Of a DNA stretch of 56,244 bases, positions 45,987-55,456 are shown piece after piece. The position numbers were made by a program, and so were the translations under genes. Where the stretch lies: the IMG/VR virus record IMGVR_UViG_3300030419_002488, positions 1 to 56,244 of that record. One strand, given 5' to 3'. Source of the stretch: a virus (taxonomy: Duplodnaviria; Caudoviricetes). Positions within the stretch are counted from its first letter, which is position 1, and every line of letters starts with the position of its first letter. The notes beneath the pieces were generated by a model. That model ran no database searches and had not been told where the DNA came from. It saw only the letters and a program-made list of their open reading frames with translations.

Positions 45987-48098
45987 ATGGCTGATGATAA
46001 TTTTCTTCAACCTGAAGATGATACTAGCGTGCCTATACTTGATCCGTCTGGAGAAATGCCGGGACTAGCGGGGTACGTTAAAAGTAAGTTTGAAGATTCA
46101 GAAAACGGCAGACGCACACACGAACAGCGTTGGTTACAAGCGTATAAAAACTTTAGAGGAATTTACGATTCTACAACTCAATATCGTGATTCTGAACGTT
46201 CTAAAGTATTTATAAAAATAACCAAAACAAAAGTTCTTGCAGCGTATGGGCAGATAATAGATATATTGTTTGCTAACAAAAAATTTCCATTGGTGGTTGA
46301 GTCAACTCCTAAACCTGAAGGTATAGAAGAATTTGCTCACATGAAAACACCTGTTGATGAGATGTCTGATCCGTACGGGTTTGAAGGAGATGGTAACGAA
46401 CTTCTTCCGGGAGCTATGTCGGTTAAAGAACCTCATAAACTCGGCTCTTACGGAAAAGAATTTTCTGATATGCTTGTTGCAGGACCCGCAAAGATGGGTG
46501 AACCTCAAGTTAAGCCTGCACAAAAGATGGCTATGCGTATGGAAAAATGTATTCACGATCAGTTGTTGGATACAAATGCTGTTAACGTATTTCGTCAAGC
46601 AATTTTTGAATCATCTTTACTCGGTACAGGTATCGTAAAAGGACCTTTTAATTTTTACAAAAGAGTACATAAATGGGAAAGAGATGAAAATGGTCAACGA
46701 GTTTACACACCTTATGAAAAAATAGTACCTCGTATAGAACACGTTTCTTTGTGGGATTTTCACCCCGATCCGTCAGCAACAAGTATGGATGATTGTGAAT
46801 ACGTTATTCAACGTCATCGTATGAACCGCCAACAACTTCGTGGTCTTATTAAACGCCCTCATTTTGATTCTACAGCTATTGAAGAATGTCTTGCAAAAGG
46901 TTCTAATTACGAAGATAAGTATTACGAAGATACAATCCGAGAAGATGAAACAGAACCTTACCATCAAGAAAGTAGATATGAAGTTCTTGAATATTGGGGG
47001 GTAATTGATAAAAAATACGCTACCGAAATGGGCATGGAAAATGCTAATCAAATGTCAGAATTTGATCAGGCACAAGTTAATGTTTGGGTGTGTGGTAATA
47101 TGGTAATTAGATGCGTTGCAAACCCATTTACTCCTGCACGGATACCTTATCAAGCATTTCCATTTGAAATTAATCCTTACCAATTGTGGGGAGTTGGTGT
47201 AGCAGAAAACATGGAAGATGCACAGATGCTTATGAACGGTCACGTTCGTATGGCAATAGACAATCTCGCACTTGCAGGTAATCTTGTATTTGATGTAGAC
47301 GAAGCAAGTCTTGTTCCCGGACAAAACATGGATATATTTCCCGGAAAAATATTCCGAAGACAATCAGGAGTAACAGGTACTGCTATTAATGGATTAAAAT
47401 TTCCTAATACTGCACCAGAAAATATACAAATGTATCAAATATCAAGGCAACTTGCAGATGAAGAAACAGGTATACCTTCTATACTTCACGGACAAACAGG
47501 AGTAACGGGTACAGGTAGAACTGCTGCAGGATTATCAATGTTGATGGGTTCAGCAAGTTTGTCTATGAAAACAGTTATAAAGAACATAGATGATCACCTT
47601 TTAAAACCAATTGGTGAATCGTTCTTTCAGTGGAACATGCAATTCAATCCAGATATTGAAGACATGGAAGGGGATCTTGAAATAAAACCACGTGGTGTTG
47701 CTGCAGTTATGCAAAAAGAAGTACGCACACAACGATTAACTGCGTTACTTCAAACTGTATCTAATCCAATGCTTGCACCTTTTATAAAAATACCAAATTT
47801 AATAAAAGAACTTGCAATAGCACAAGATATTGATCCAGAAACTTTAGTTAACGACCATAATGAAGCACAGCTATATGCTGAAATGTTAAAAGGAATGATG
47901 CAAGATGCTCAACAAGGAACAGGCGAAAATGCTGTCGCCCCTAATCAACAGCAAGGAATGGGGCAACCTAGTGGACTACCTCAACAGCCTGAAGGAACTG
48001 ACAGTCAAGGGTCTGGTAACGGCACAATCGGAGTCGGAGCTACGCCAACTGCAGGGGAAACTGGCTTTACTGGAAATGCTCCTAGAGTTGAAGAATAA
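45987..48098 (+). CDS. Portal (head-tail connector) protein
   Basis: 703 aa after TerL; GTGIVK, DFHPDP, EYWG, disordered Q/G-rich tail. Confidence 0.88.
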   Translation: MADDNFLQPEDDTSVPILDPSGEMPGLAGYVKSKFEDSENGRRTHEQRWLQAYKNFRGIYDSTTQYRDSERSKVFIKITKTKVLAAYGQIIDILFANKKFPLVVESTPKPEGIEEFAHMKTPVDEMSDPYGFEGDGNELLPGAMSVKEPHKLGSYGKEFSDMLVAGPAKMGEPQVKPAQKMAMRMEKCIHDQLLDTNAVNVFRQAIFESSLLGTGIVKGPFNFYKRVHKWERDENGQRVYTPYEKIVPRIEHVSLWDFHPDPSATSMDDCEYVIQRHRMNRQQLRGLIKRPHFDSTAIEECLAKGSNYEDKYYEDTIREDETEPYHQESRYEVLEYWGVIDKKYATEMGMENANQMSEFDQAQVNVWVCGNMVIRCVANPFTPARIPYQAFPFEINPYQLWGVGVAENMEDAQMLMNGHVRMAIDNLALAGNLVFDVDEASLVPGQNMDIFPGKIFRRQSGVTGTAINGLKFPNTAPENIQMYQISRQLADEETGIPSILHGQTGVTGTGRTAAGLSMLMGSASLSMKTVIKNIDDHLLKPIGESFFQWNMQFNPDIEDMEGDLEIKPRGVAAVMQKEVRTQRLTALLQTVSNPMLAPFIKIPNLIKELAIAQDIDPETLVNDHNEAQLYAEMLKGMMQDAQQGTGENAVAPNQQQGMGQPSGLPQQPEGTDSQGSGNGTIGVGATPTAGETGFTGNAPRVEE

Positions 48099-48126
48099 TT
48101 ACGGAAAAGTTATAAAGAATGGCTAG
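47905..48126 (+). CDS. Small helical protein overlapping the portal 3' end
   Basis: ELRQLQGKLALL motif typical of post-portal genes; stop overlaps the next start. Confidence 0.7.
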   Translation: MLNKEQAKMLSPLINSKEWGNLVDYLNSLKELTVKGLVTAQSESELRQLQGKLALLEMLLELKNNYGKVIKNG

Positions 48127-50692
48127 TGAACTTTTTGATTTTGGTTTAGACTTTGGTCTTAGTTATTTTGAACCTGTTACAAAAAAAGTAACAGCAAAAA
48201 AATACCGAGAAGAAGATGTTGACTACTATGATCAAACATTAGGATTAAAATCAGGAATTTATGTTCCAAGTCAAAAAGAAGAAATAGAAAAAAAAGAAAA
48301 AAAAAGAAACATTAATGTAAATGTGGTGGGCATTGATGATGACGACGACGATGATGGTGTTACAGGGGAAGGTACTGTTTTTCAACAATCTAAAGAAGAA
48401 TTAGCTAATCAAGCTAAGTTGGATAAAGATACTTCTTATGAAAATATAAATTCTTTAAAACTTGGAACTTACGGTGATGCTTTATCTTCGTTAGGATATA
48501 AAGATAAATCTCCATTTAATGTTTTTGGTCAAGATATATATTTAGCAGGAGTTCCAAAAAATAAAGAAGAAGCAAAAAAAGGATTTGAAAAAGTATTTTC
48601 TTCTGAAAATTTAATAAAACAAACAGTAAAAACTGGTGCAAGATTAGCGGGATTTAACCCTCTTATATCTGGAGGGGCTGTGTCTTTTGGGTTTGGAAAA
48701 CAAATAACTGATCCTCTTGGTAATCCAAGTTTTCGACCAAGTAATTTTGTATTTGGTGGAATACACGATATAAATATGTCAATTCAATACGACAATGTAC
48801 GTGAAATACAAAATGCTATAAAATCAGGTTCAAAAACTAAAGGATTTGTTGAATACATAGATGGACAATTAGTTAGTAGAAGCCCAACGGGGTCTAATTA
48901 TACTGGAACAACAGATTTAACGCACGAACAACTTAAAAGGAGAGACGCTTTAAAAAGAGGAATTATACCTTCAACATTTAACTTAAAAACGGAAACAGGC
49001 GAAAGAGGTGAAAGTATTACGTTAAAAGACGGAAGTAAAGCTGTTTATGATAATTATGGTCGATACCACTCCCGAACTGGAACTTCATATTATGGGTCAC
49101 GAAATGCTTCTATTGCGTTAGCTGAAAAATATGGCACAAATTATAAAGAAATTGAAAAAGTGCTTAGTGAAGTAAGAAGTTCAGGAAAAGGTAATTTATA
49201 CGAAATTTTAAATACACGGTTTGGTGGGATTAGTGATTTTGTTGATTTAAAATCTTCTTCTAAAAAAGATAATATATGGGGTATTAATCGTAGAAAAGTA
49301 AGCACTGTTAGAAATCTTCCAAATTATAATGTTTACATGGAATCTCTTGATTACCCTGTGCGTATTAAAGATAGAGGTATAGCAGGCGGAGGGTTTGATT
49401 TTAAATCAGGTGTAATGGATAAAGGTCCGGGAGGAAGTTATTTTTTTAGTGAAACAGAAGGCACAGATGTTTATAGTGAAGATGAATCTGATGAAAAACC
49501 AGATCTTAGCAAAGTAGCTGAAGACGATCCTGCAAGAGGATCATACGAATCTTGGGTGCAAAGTTTAGAAGATAATAACGATGAAAGTTCTGCACCTGAT
49601 ACATCAAGTATGGATACTTCTATGGGTTATACTGCTTACGGCGGACAGATAGGTCGGGGTATGCAAGCGGGTGGTCCTGCAGGTTTTATTGGAGGTCCTC
49701 CAGAAAAATACGGAAATCAAACAACCGTAGCAGATGACATACCTCTTGAAGTAAAAGAAGGTACTTTTGTTATAAATGCACCTGCTGTAGAGTATGCAGG
49801 ATCAGATGATATTAGTAAAATGTTAATTAAAGCATACGAAAAAGCAGGACAAGGGGTTGACAAATCTGGACAAGTTACTAAAATACCAAGTAAGGAACAA
49901 GTTGATATAATGATCTCACGAGGTGAGGTTGTAGTACCCCCAAACATAGCAAAAATTATAGGATACGATAGATTAGAGAAAATAAATAATCGTGGTAAAA
50001 AAGAAGTTGCACGAAGACAACAAAGAGCAGGCGACCAAGAAAAACCACAAGCTATGCAAGGATTTATAAATAAAGCAGGGGGAGATAAGATCACCGTGCA
50101 TAGAGGTGAACCTTACCCTGAACAAATTAGTAAGTTTGACAAGAAATACATGTCAGGTCGAAGAACGACAGGAGCATGGTTTTCATCAAACAAAAGTTAC
50201 GCTAAAATGTACGGTCAACTTCAAAAAAGTTTAGATGTTACTTTTGATGAGTACGCAAAAGGTGCAAGAAAAGCTGAAATTTATAGAAACATAGCTTCAA
50301 TGCAATCCGAAAGTGGTAAACGACAACTAACAAAAAATCAAAAGACAAAACTATTTAAACATGTAAAAGAAATAAAACAAATGGCTAAGCAAGTAAAAGA
50401 TGGAAAAGTAGACCCTAAAAGATTTGTAAACACTTTACACATGGCTCTTTTTCCAGAAAAAAAAGAAGAAGCGACAATTAGAAAAATTGAAAGTTACAAG
50501 AATAATCCAAAACTTTTTGGTAAACTTGTAGTTCGTAATTTAGCAAACAACATTGTAACAAAAGGCGTTCCTTTTTTAAGTAAACTTTCACCGATAGGAA
50601 GTATTGCGGGTATGCTTACCCCAACGGAAATGGGAGACGCAACATTAGATTCAAGAGGATTTGTGGATTATAATCCAAATTTTCCACAATAA
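48119..50692 (+). CDS. Multidomain probable virion protein with C-terminal ADP-ribosyltransferase-like domain
   Basis: ADDIP...EGTFVINA.AV repeat motif; TVHRGE...GAWFSS....AKMY. Confidence 0.55.
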   Translation: MASELFDFGLDFGLSYFEPVTKKVTAKKYREEDVDYYDQTLGLKSGIYVPSQKEEIEKKEKKRNINVNVVGIDDDDDDDGVTGEGTVFQQSKEELANQAKLDKDTSYENINSLKLGTYGDALSSLGYKDKSPFNVFGQDIYLAGVPKNKEEAKKGFEKVFSSENLIKQTVKTGARLAGFNPLISGGAVSFGFGKQITDPLGNPSFRPSNFVFGGIHDINMSIQYDNVREIQNAIKSGSKTKGFVEYIDGQLVSRSPTGSNYTGTTDLTHEQLKRRDALKRGIIPSTFNLKTETGERGESITLKDGSKAVYDNYGRYHSRTGTSYYGSRNASIALAEKYGTNYKEIEKVLSEVRSSGKGNLYEILNTRFGGISDFVDLKSSSKKDNIWGINRRKVSTVRNLPNYNVYMESLDYPVRIKDRGIAGGGFDFKSGVMDKGPGGSYFFSETEGTDVYSEDESDEKPDLSKVAEDDPARGSYESWVQSLEDNNDESSAPDTSSMDTSMGYTAYGGQIGRGMQAGGPAGFIGGPPEKYGNQTTVADDIPLEVKEGTFVINAPAVEYAGSDDISKMLIKAYEKAGQGVDKSGQVTKIPSKEQVDIMISRGEVVVPPNIAKIIGYDRLEKINNRGKKEVARRQQRAGDQEKPQAMQGFINKAGGDKITVHRGEPYPEQISKFDKKYMSGRRTTGAWFSSNKSYAKMYGQLQKSLDVTFDEYAKGARKAEIYRNIASMQSESGKRQLTKNQKTKLFKHVKEIKQMAKQVKDGKVDPKRFVNTLHMALFPEKKEEATIRKIESYKNNPKLFGKLVVRNLANNIVTKGVPFLSKLSPIGSIAGMLTPTEMGDATLDSRGFVDYNPNFPQ

Positions 50693-50700
50693 AAAGAATT

Positions 50701-50767
50701 AGTCAGCTACCCACGTATTAGTGGCCCTGATTGAACCGAAGCAGCTACCCACAGCCAGTGGCACTGC
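50701..50767 (+). promoter_or_regulatory. Tandem structured RNA element (two matching hairpins) in the scaffold 5' UTR
   Basis: TCAG-CTAC-CCAC-loop-GTGG-CC-CTGA and GCAG-CTAC-CCAC-loop-GTGG-CA-CTGC. Confidence 0.7.
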
Positions 50768-50786
50768 ATTAATGAGGTATAAAACA

Positions 50787-51722
50787 ATGGCAACAACAAA
50801 AGTAAGAGGTGTAAGAGCCAACAAACCAAACGACTCCTTTGGAGTGACAAATAACCCTAATCTTTATCGAGGTAAATACCGAGAGGAAGTTTACAAAGAT
50901 GATGAAGAAGGGCAACAAGAAGAGCAACAAAACGAAGAAGCTCAAACTGACCCCACTGAAAAAGTGGCTACTCAACAGAGTGATACCAGTTTTGCAGAAA
51001 AAAAGGTAAAAGAAGAAGATCACGATTACAAAAAACGTTATGATGATTTAAAAAAACATTATGACACAAAACTCAACGAGTTTAAAGGTGAACGTGAAGA
51101 ACTTCAAACTCAATTAGACGCTGTTAAAAAACGGGTGTATGAAATGCCAAGAGGTACGACTCCACCTAAAACAATGGAAGAACTAGAGGAATTTAAAGAA
51201 AAATACCCTGACGTTTTTGAAGTTGTTGAAACAGTATCTAACATGCAAACTGAATCCCAAGTTGCAAAACTTCGTGAGGAAATAGATTCTGTAAAGAAAC
51301 GGGAAAAGAATCTTGAAAAAGAAAAAGCATTTGAAGAACTTCTTCGATTGCACCCTGACTTTCACGATCTAAAAACTAACGAAAAATTTTTAAGTTGGCT
51401 TGATGAACAACCTGAACAATTGAGTGATGGTATTTATAAAAATAATACTGACGCAAAATGGGCAGGTAAAATCATATCTCTTTACAAGGCAGAGAATGGA
51501 ATCTCTACCACAACAAAGAAGTCTACCAAATCAAAAGAAGCTACTGATGCTGCAGCAACGGTTACAAAACAACAACCAAGAGAGGTTGCAACAAAAGAAG
51601 GTTCTAATAAAAAGATTTGGAAGAGTTCTGAAATCGCCAAGCTTAAATCGTGGGAGTTTGAAAAGCTTGAAAAAGAAATAGATCTAGCACGAGAAGAAGG
51701 GCGAATAGACGTAAATAACTAA
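50787..51722 (+). CDS. Capsid scaffolding protein
   Basis: GAGG RBS before ATG 50787; YKKRYDDLK coiled coil, HPDF, C-term AREEGRI; directly upstream of MCP. Confidence 0.85.
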   Translation: MATTKVRGVRANKPNDSFGVTNNPNLYRGKYREEVYKDDEEGQQEEQQNEEAQTDPTEKVATQQSDTSFAEKKVKEEDHDYKKRYDDLKKHYDTKLNEFKGEREELQTQLDAVKKRVYEMPRGTTPPKTMEELEEFKEKYPDVFEVVETVSNMQTESQVAKLREEIDSVKKREKNLEKEKAFEELLRLHPDFHDLKTNEKFLSWLDEQPEQLSDGIYKNNTDAKWAGKIISLYKAENGISTTTKKSTKSKEATDAAATVTKQQPREVATKEGSNKKIWKSSEIAKLKSWEFEKLEKEIDLAREEGRIDVNN

Positions 51723-51752
51723 ACCTCATAAAAATGAGGAAGGAGAGAAAAA

Positions 51753-52742
51753 ATGGCTTTCGGTACATCTGCGGGGTACGCTAACTTACCTAGTGGTAAT
51801 TTTGCACCCTCAATTTTTAGCCAAAAGGTTCTCAAATTCTTTAGACGTGCTTCGGTTGCAGAGGATATTACTAATACCGATTACACTGGGGAAATTGAAA
51901 ACTTTGGTGACACCGTAAATATAATCAAAGAGCCTACAATCACTGTATCAGCGTATACAAGAGGTTCTGTGGTTAACCCTCAAGACTTGGCTGACGATCA
52001 AGTCCAATTAACTGTTGATCAAGCAAATGCTTTTGCATTTAAGATCGACGACATTGAAGAAAGACACTCCCATGTAAACTGGGAAGCGTTATCTACTTCT
52101 TCAGGAGCTTACTCCTTGAAGAGAAAGTACGATGCTAACGTTCTTCAAGTTATGTCAGACGGAGCAGGTATTGTATCTTCTGCAGTATCTGGTACAACTC
52201 CAACATCTACAGAAGCTGCAGGCGTTTTAGGAACAGCAAATGCCCCTATTAACGTTGAAACTGACGATGCAGGTATTAACTTAATGCTTACTATGGGAAG
52301 ACTTTTAGATGACCAATCTGTTCCTGAAGAAAACAGATGGTTCGTAGCACCTCCAAAGTTCTACGAAAAGGCTTTTCAAGCAGGGAACAAAATCGCTGAA
52401 GTACAAGTTACAGGCGATGGAACTTCTCCATTAAGAAACGGACTTGCAACAGTCGGTACTCTTGCAGGCTTTAGATGTTATAAGTCTACTGCACTAAACA
52501 GTACAGGTGGAACTGACCAAGTAACATTAACAGATGCTTCTGCTACATTAGCAACAGACTCATCTGAGCATATTGTTCTTGCAGGTCACATTTCAGCTTG
52601 TGCTACAGCGTCTCACATCGCTAAAACCGAAGTGGTACGTTCAACTGAATCATTCTCTGACGTTATTAGAGGGTTACATGTCTTCGGAAGAAAAGTACTT
52701 AGACAAGAAGCTCTTGTTCGTGGCGTTATAGATTACGCTTAA
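51753..52742 (+). CDS. Major capsid protein
   Basis: F.P.IFSQKV, ITNTDY.GEI..GDTV.I, FSD.IRGLHVFGRKVLR. Confidence 0.92.
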   Translation: MAFGTSAGYANLPSGNFAPSIFSQKVLKFFRRASVAEDITNTDYTGEIENFGDTVNIIKEPTITVSAYTRGSVVNPQDLADDQVQLTVDQANAFAFKIDDIEERHSHVNWEALSTSSGAYSLKRKYDANVLQVMSDGAGIVSSAVSGTTPTSTEAAGVLGTANAPINVETDDAGINLMLTMGRLLDDQSVPEENRWFVAPPKFYEKAFQAGNKIAEVQVTGDGTSPLRNGLATVGTLAGFRCYKSTALNSTGGTDQVTLTDASATLATDSSEHIVLAGHISACATASHIAKTEVVRSTESFSDVIRGLHVFGRKVLRQEALVRGVIDYA

Positions 52743-52759
52743 TTAGGGAGGACTGACTT

Positions 52760-53236
52760 ATGGCTACATATAATAACACCATTACTGGTGGTGGCACTAC
52801 AGGACATATAGCTGATGGTGCTAAAGCTTACGTTAGAACTTCTAAAGTTTGGGATACTGCCGATGGTGGTACAGGCGGAGATGTTGTTCAAATGATGGAC
52901 ATTCCTGCTGACACTATGATCGTTGGTGGATGTCTCGAAGTTCTCGAAGCAAGAGGTAACGGACAGATTACTATGGATATAGGTTTTACTGGCGGTGACG
53001 TTGATACATTTGTTGATGGATCAGCATGTGCGGCGGGTTTTACACCTTTTCTAAACGCTGCGGTTGGAGCATCTGGGGCTAACCCAAAAATGCTTACTTC
53101 TGCTGACACTATCGATGCGTTAATTCTCGATGGTGGATCATCAGGAGAATCTGCACTACGTTTTAGAATCCACGTTGTAATGTGTGACGTTTCTAAAAAC
53201 CCAGTAGAAGCTGCTACAGTTTCAACTGGAACGTAA
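52760..53236 (+). CDS. Minor capsid / decoration protein
   Basis: GGAGG RBS, beta-rich, co-transcribed with MCP. Confidence 0.65.
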   Translation: MATYNNTITGGGTTGHIADGAKAYVRTSKVWDTADGGTGGDVVQMMDIPADTMIVGGCLEVLEARGNGQITMDIGFTGGDVDTFVDGSACAAGFTPFLNAAVGASGANPKMLTSADTIDALILDGGSSGESALRFRIHVVMCDVSKNPVEAATVSTGT

Positions 53237-53244
53237 GACTACAT

Positions 53245-53276
53245 AAAGGGGGCAGGGCAACCTGCCTTCTTTACTT
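53245..53276 (+). terminator. Terminator after the capsid operon
   Basis: AAAGGGGGCAGG-GCAA-CCTGCCTTCTTT. Confidence 0.8.
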
Positions 53277-53314
53277 TATAAGACGGGGGAGTATCTTTAG
53301 TAAAAAGGTAAACA

Positions 53315-53944
53315 ATGTTATTACAGTTACTAAGTAAAGACGACGTAAAAAGATGTTTGGAACTTTGCCCAAGCATGGAAGATGGAAACAAAACACAACC
53401 CCTAAAAGGAATAAAGAAAAATTCAGAGTCAGTAAAAGTAGACGATGAAATAAGAAGTTTAATATCAGCACGAATTATACACAACCCGTTTGTTGATTCA
53501 GTTATTAACCCAACTCGTGTATCGGTTAATTTTTACAACCACTACAGAGAAGGTGATTATTACAACAAACATGTTGACAACTTTAAAGCCGAACCTAAAA
53601 TAAACCACACTTACTTTGATTACGGTTTTACAGTTTGTTTATCAAGTGATTATGAAGGTGGAGAGTTTGTACTTGACAACGAAATAGGTGAAATACCTTT
53701 TAAATTAAAAGCAGGTCAAGTTTTATTTTTTCCAATCATATACCCCCACAGCGTAAATAAAGTAACGGGGGGATTACGAAGAGCATTGATAGGGTGGTTA
53801 TCTACCAATATCAGTTACGAACAAAGTTACGTGTTGCGTAATCTTTACGAAGTAAACGCCCACGCAATTCAAAACAAACAAGATAACCTAGCTGTTAAAT
53901 CAACTATGGTTCAAAATTATCTAAAAAAATTATGGAGTAAATAA
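53315..53944 (+). CDS. 2OG-Fe(II) oxygenase, PKHD-type (PiuC/YbiX-like)
   Basis: HVD, YEGGE, PHSVNKVTGGLRRALIGW, C-term helix ending LW. Confidence 0.88.
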   Translation: MLLQLLSKDDVKRCLELCPSMEDGNKTQPLKGIKKNSESVKVDDEIRSLISARIIHNPFVDSVINPTRVSVNFYNHYREGDYYNKHVDNFKAEPKINHTYFDYGFTVCLSSDYEGGEFVLDNEIGEIPFKLKAGQVLFFPIIYPHSVNKVTGGLRRALIGWLSTNISYEQSYVLRNLYEVNAHAIQNKQDNLAVKSTMVQNYLKKLWSK

Positions 53945-53945
53945 A

Positions 53946-54236
53946 ATGGCAATAAAAGTAATACCAGACGGGTCAAGAAAAGGTGGCGGTGGAATGGACA
54001 TCGGAAAAACACCTAAAAAAAGACCTTCTACTGGAAAGATGAAGAAGGAGAAACCTGCAAGCAGAGTATCAGATCAGGATGTTAAAAGAATTGCATTAGA
54101 AGTATCTACTATGCTTATGGGAGGAGGACTTCCTAGAAGAAGTACTCTTCTAAAAGCTTTTGGATTAAGATCTAAAAAAGCAAATCCGTCAGGAGCGAAA
54201 AAAGCAGGCGGTGGTAAAGTTAAGAAAAAGAAATAA
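53946..54236 (+). CDS. Highly basic small protein
   Basis: GGAG RBS; ends KKAGGGKVKKKK. Confidence 0.65.
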   Translation: MAIKVIPDGSRKGGGGMDIGKTPKKRPSTGKMKKEKPASRVSDQDVKRIALEVSTMLMGGGLPRRSTLLKAFGLRSKKANPSGAKKAGGGKVKKKK

Positions 54237-54238
54237 CC

Positions 54239-54433
54239 ATGAATAAATTAACAAAACTTCCAAAACCAAGACCTAAATATGAAGATCTTACTGATAATCA
54301 AAAGAAACGATTATTTAATGTTTATTTAGATAATTTAAGTGACAAAGAAAAATCTTCTTTTTTAAATAAAGCAATTAAAAAGGTATATCCAAAAAGTTTT
54401 GTTAAACCTAAAATAAAAACCAAAAAAAAATGA
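54239..54433 (+). CDS. Basic small protein
   Basis: LPKPRPK, Lys-rich. Confidence 0.55.
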   Translation: MNKLTKLPKPRPKYEDLTDNQKKRLFNVYLDNLSDKEKSSFLNKAIKKVYPKSFVKPKIKTKKK

Positions 54434-54523
54434 TTACCTTTTATCTTAAACTAGCCAATTTTTTTAATCAAGTAGGTAATTACTTTTATATGAAACACGT
54501 TTACATTATCGATAGGAAAAGAG

Positions 54524-54916
54524 ATGTTAGGAGCATTAATAGGACCAATAGCTAATCTAGCAGGCACTTGGTTTCAAAACAAAGTAGAAAAAACAAAAGC
54601 AGATGGACTAGCTAAAGTAGCTGAAGCCAAAGCTCGTGCTACCGTTGCAGAAAAGGTTGCTGCAGGGGAAGTAGAGTGGGAAGGCAAGATGGCACAAGCA
54701 ACAGATAATTCGTGGAAAGACGAATTTGCTTTAGTAGTTCTACTAGCTCCCGCAATTTTGGTCTTTATTCCGGGTATGACAGAATACGTAAGAAATGGTT
54801 TTGAAGTGTTAAATACGCTTCCAGAATGGTATCAGTATTTATTATTTATTGCCATATCTGCGTCTTTCGGAATTAAAGGCGTTGGTCAAGCGGCAAAGAT
54901 GCTAAAGAAGAAGTAA
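54524..54916 (+). CDS. Holin-like membrane protein (3TM type)
   Basis: SWKDE + TM, LPEWYQ + TM + ASFG; near the lysozyme. Confidence 0.65.
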   Translation: MLGALIGPIANLAGTWFQNKVEKTKADGLAKVAEAKARATVAEKVAAGEVEWEGKMAQATDNSWKDEFALVVLLAPAILVFIPGMTEYVRNGFEVLNTLPEWYQYLLFIAISASFGIKGVGQAAKMLKKK

Positions 54917-55455
54917 TGAAAGAGTATTCTAATCAACCTAGAAAACCTCAATTTGAAGCTGCCTTAAATATAAAGCAAGGTAAAAAAAAGAGAAAAGTAT
55001 CAGGTAGTTTGTATTATGAAGGTGAAAAAACAAAAAAAGAAATAAAACCAAATAAATACGTTACTGTTAAAGAACAAAGCAAAACAAAAGCATTAAGAGG
55101 TAATTTAAGTTTTGATTTAAACCCAATTAGAGCCACGTTGTTTGGAAGCACTGCAACAACAAAGGGAGCTTTTCAGGAACAAGTGCCATTTGGAACTTAC
55201 GAAGGAACATGGAAAAACATAGAAAATGATATAGGTGGTGCGTTAGGTTACCAAATAAATGAAAACAACAGAGTAGGAATACAAGTAAATAAAAAATTTT
55301 TTCAAAATCAAAAGGGTAGTGCAAATCAAATTAGATTAAATTGGGATGTTACGAATTTAGGTGGGGGTAATCTTAATGTAAATTTAATGGGGTCAGATCC
55401 CTTTAGTGGTAAAAAAACAAAAGCAATGACTTTAAACTACAAAGTGAGGTTTTAA
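54916..55455 (+). CDS. Beta-strand-rich protein with C-terminal Phe (beta-barrel-like)
   Basis: Alternating amphipathic strands; ends TLNYKVRF. Confidence 0.55.
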   Translation: MKEYSNQPRKPQFEAALNIKQGKKKRKVSGSLYYEGEKTKKEIKPNKYVTVKEQSKTKALRGNLSFDLNPIRATLFGSTATTKGAFQEQVPFGTYEGTWKNIENDIGGALGYQINENNRVGIQVNKKFFQNQKGSANQIRLNWDVTNLGGGNLNVNLMGSDPFSGKKTKAMTLNYKVRF

Positions 55456-55456
55456 C

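Noticed and set aside
50721-50786. Scaffold start at GTG 50721
   Set aside because: It lies inside the hairpin element with no RBS; ATG 50787 has GAGG.
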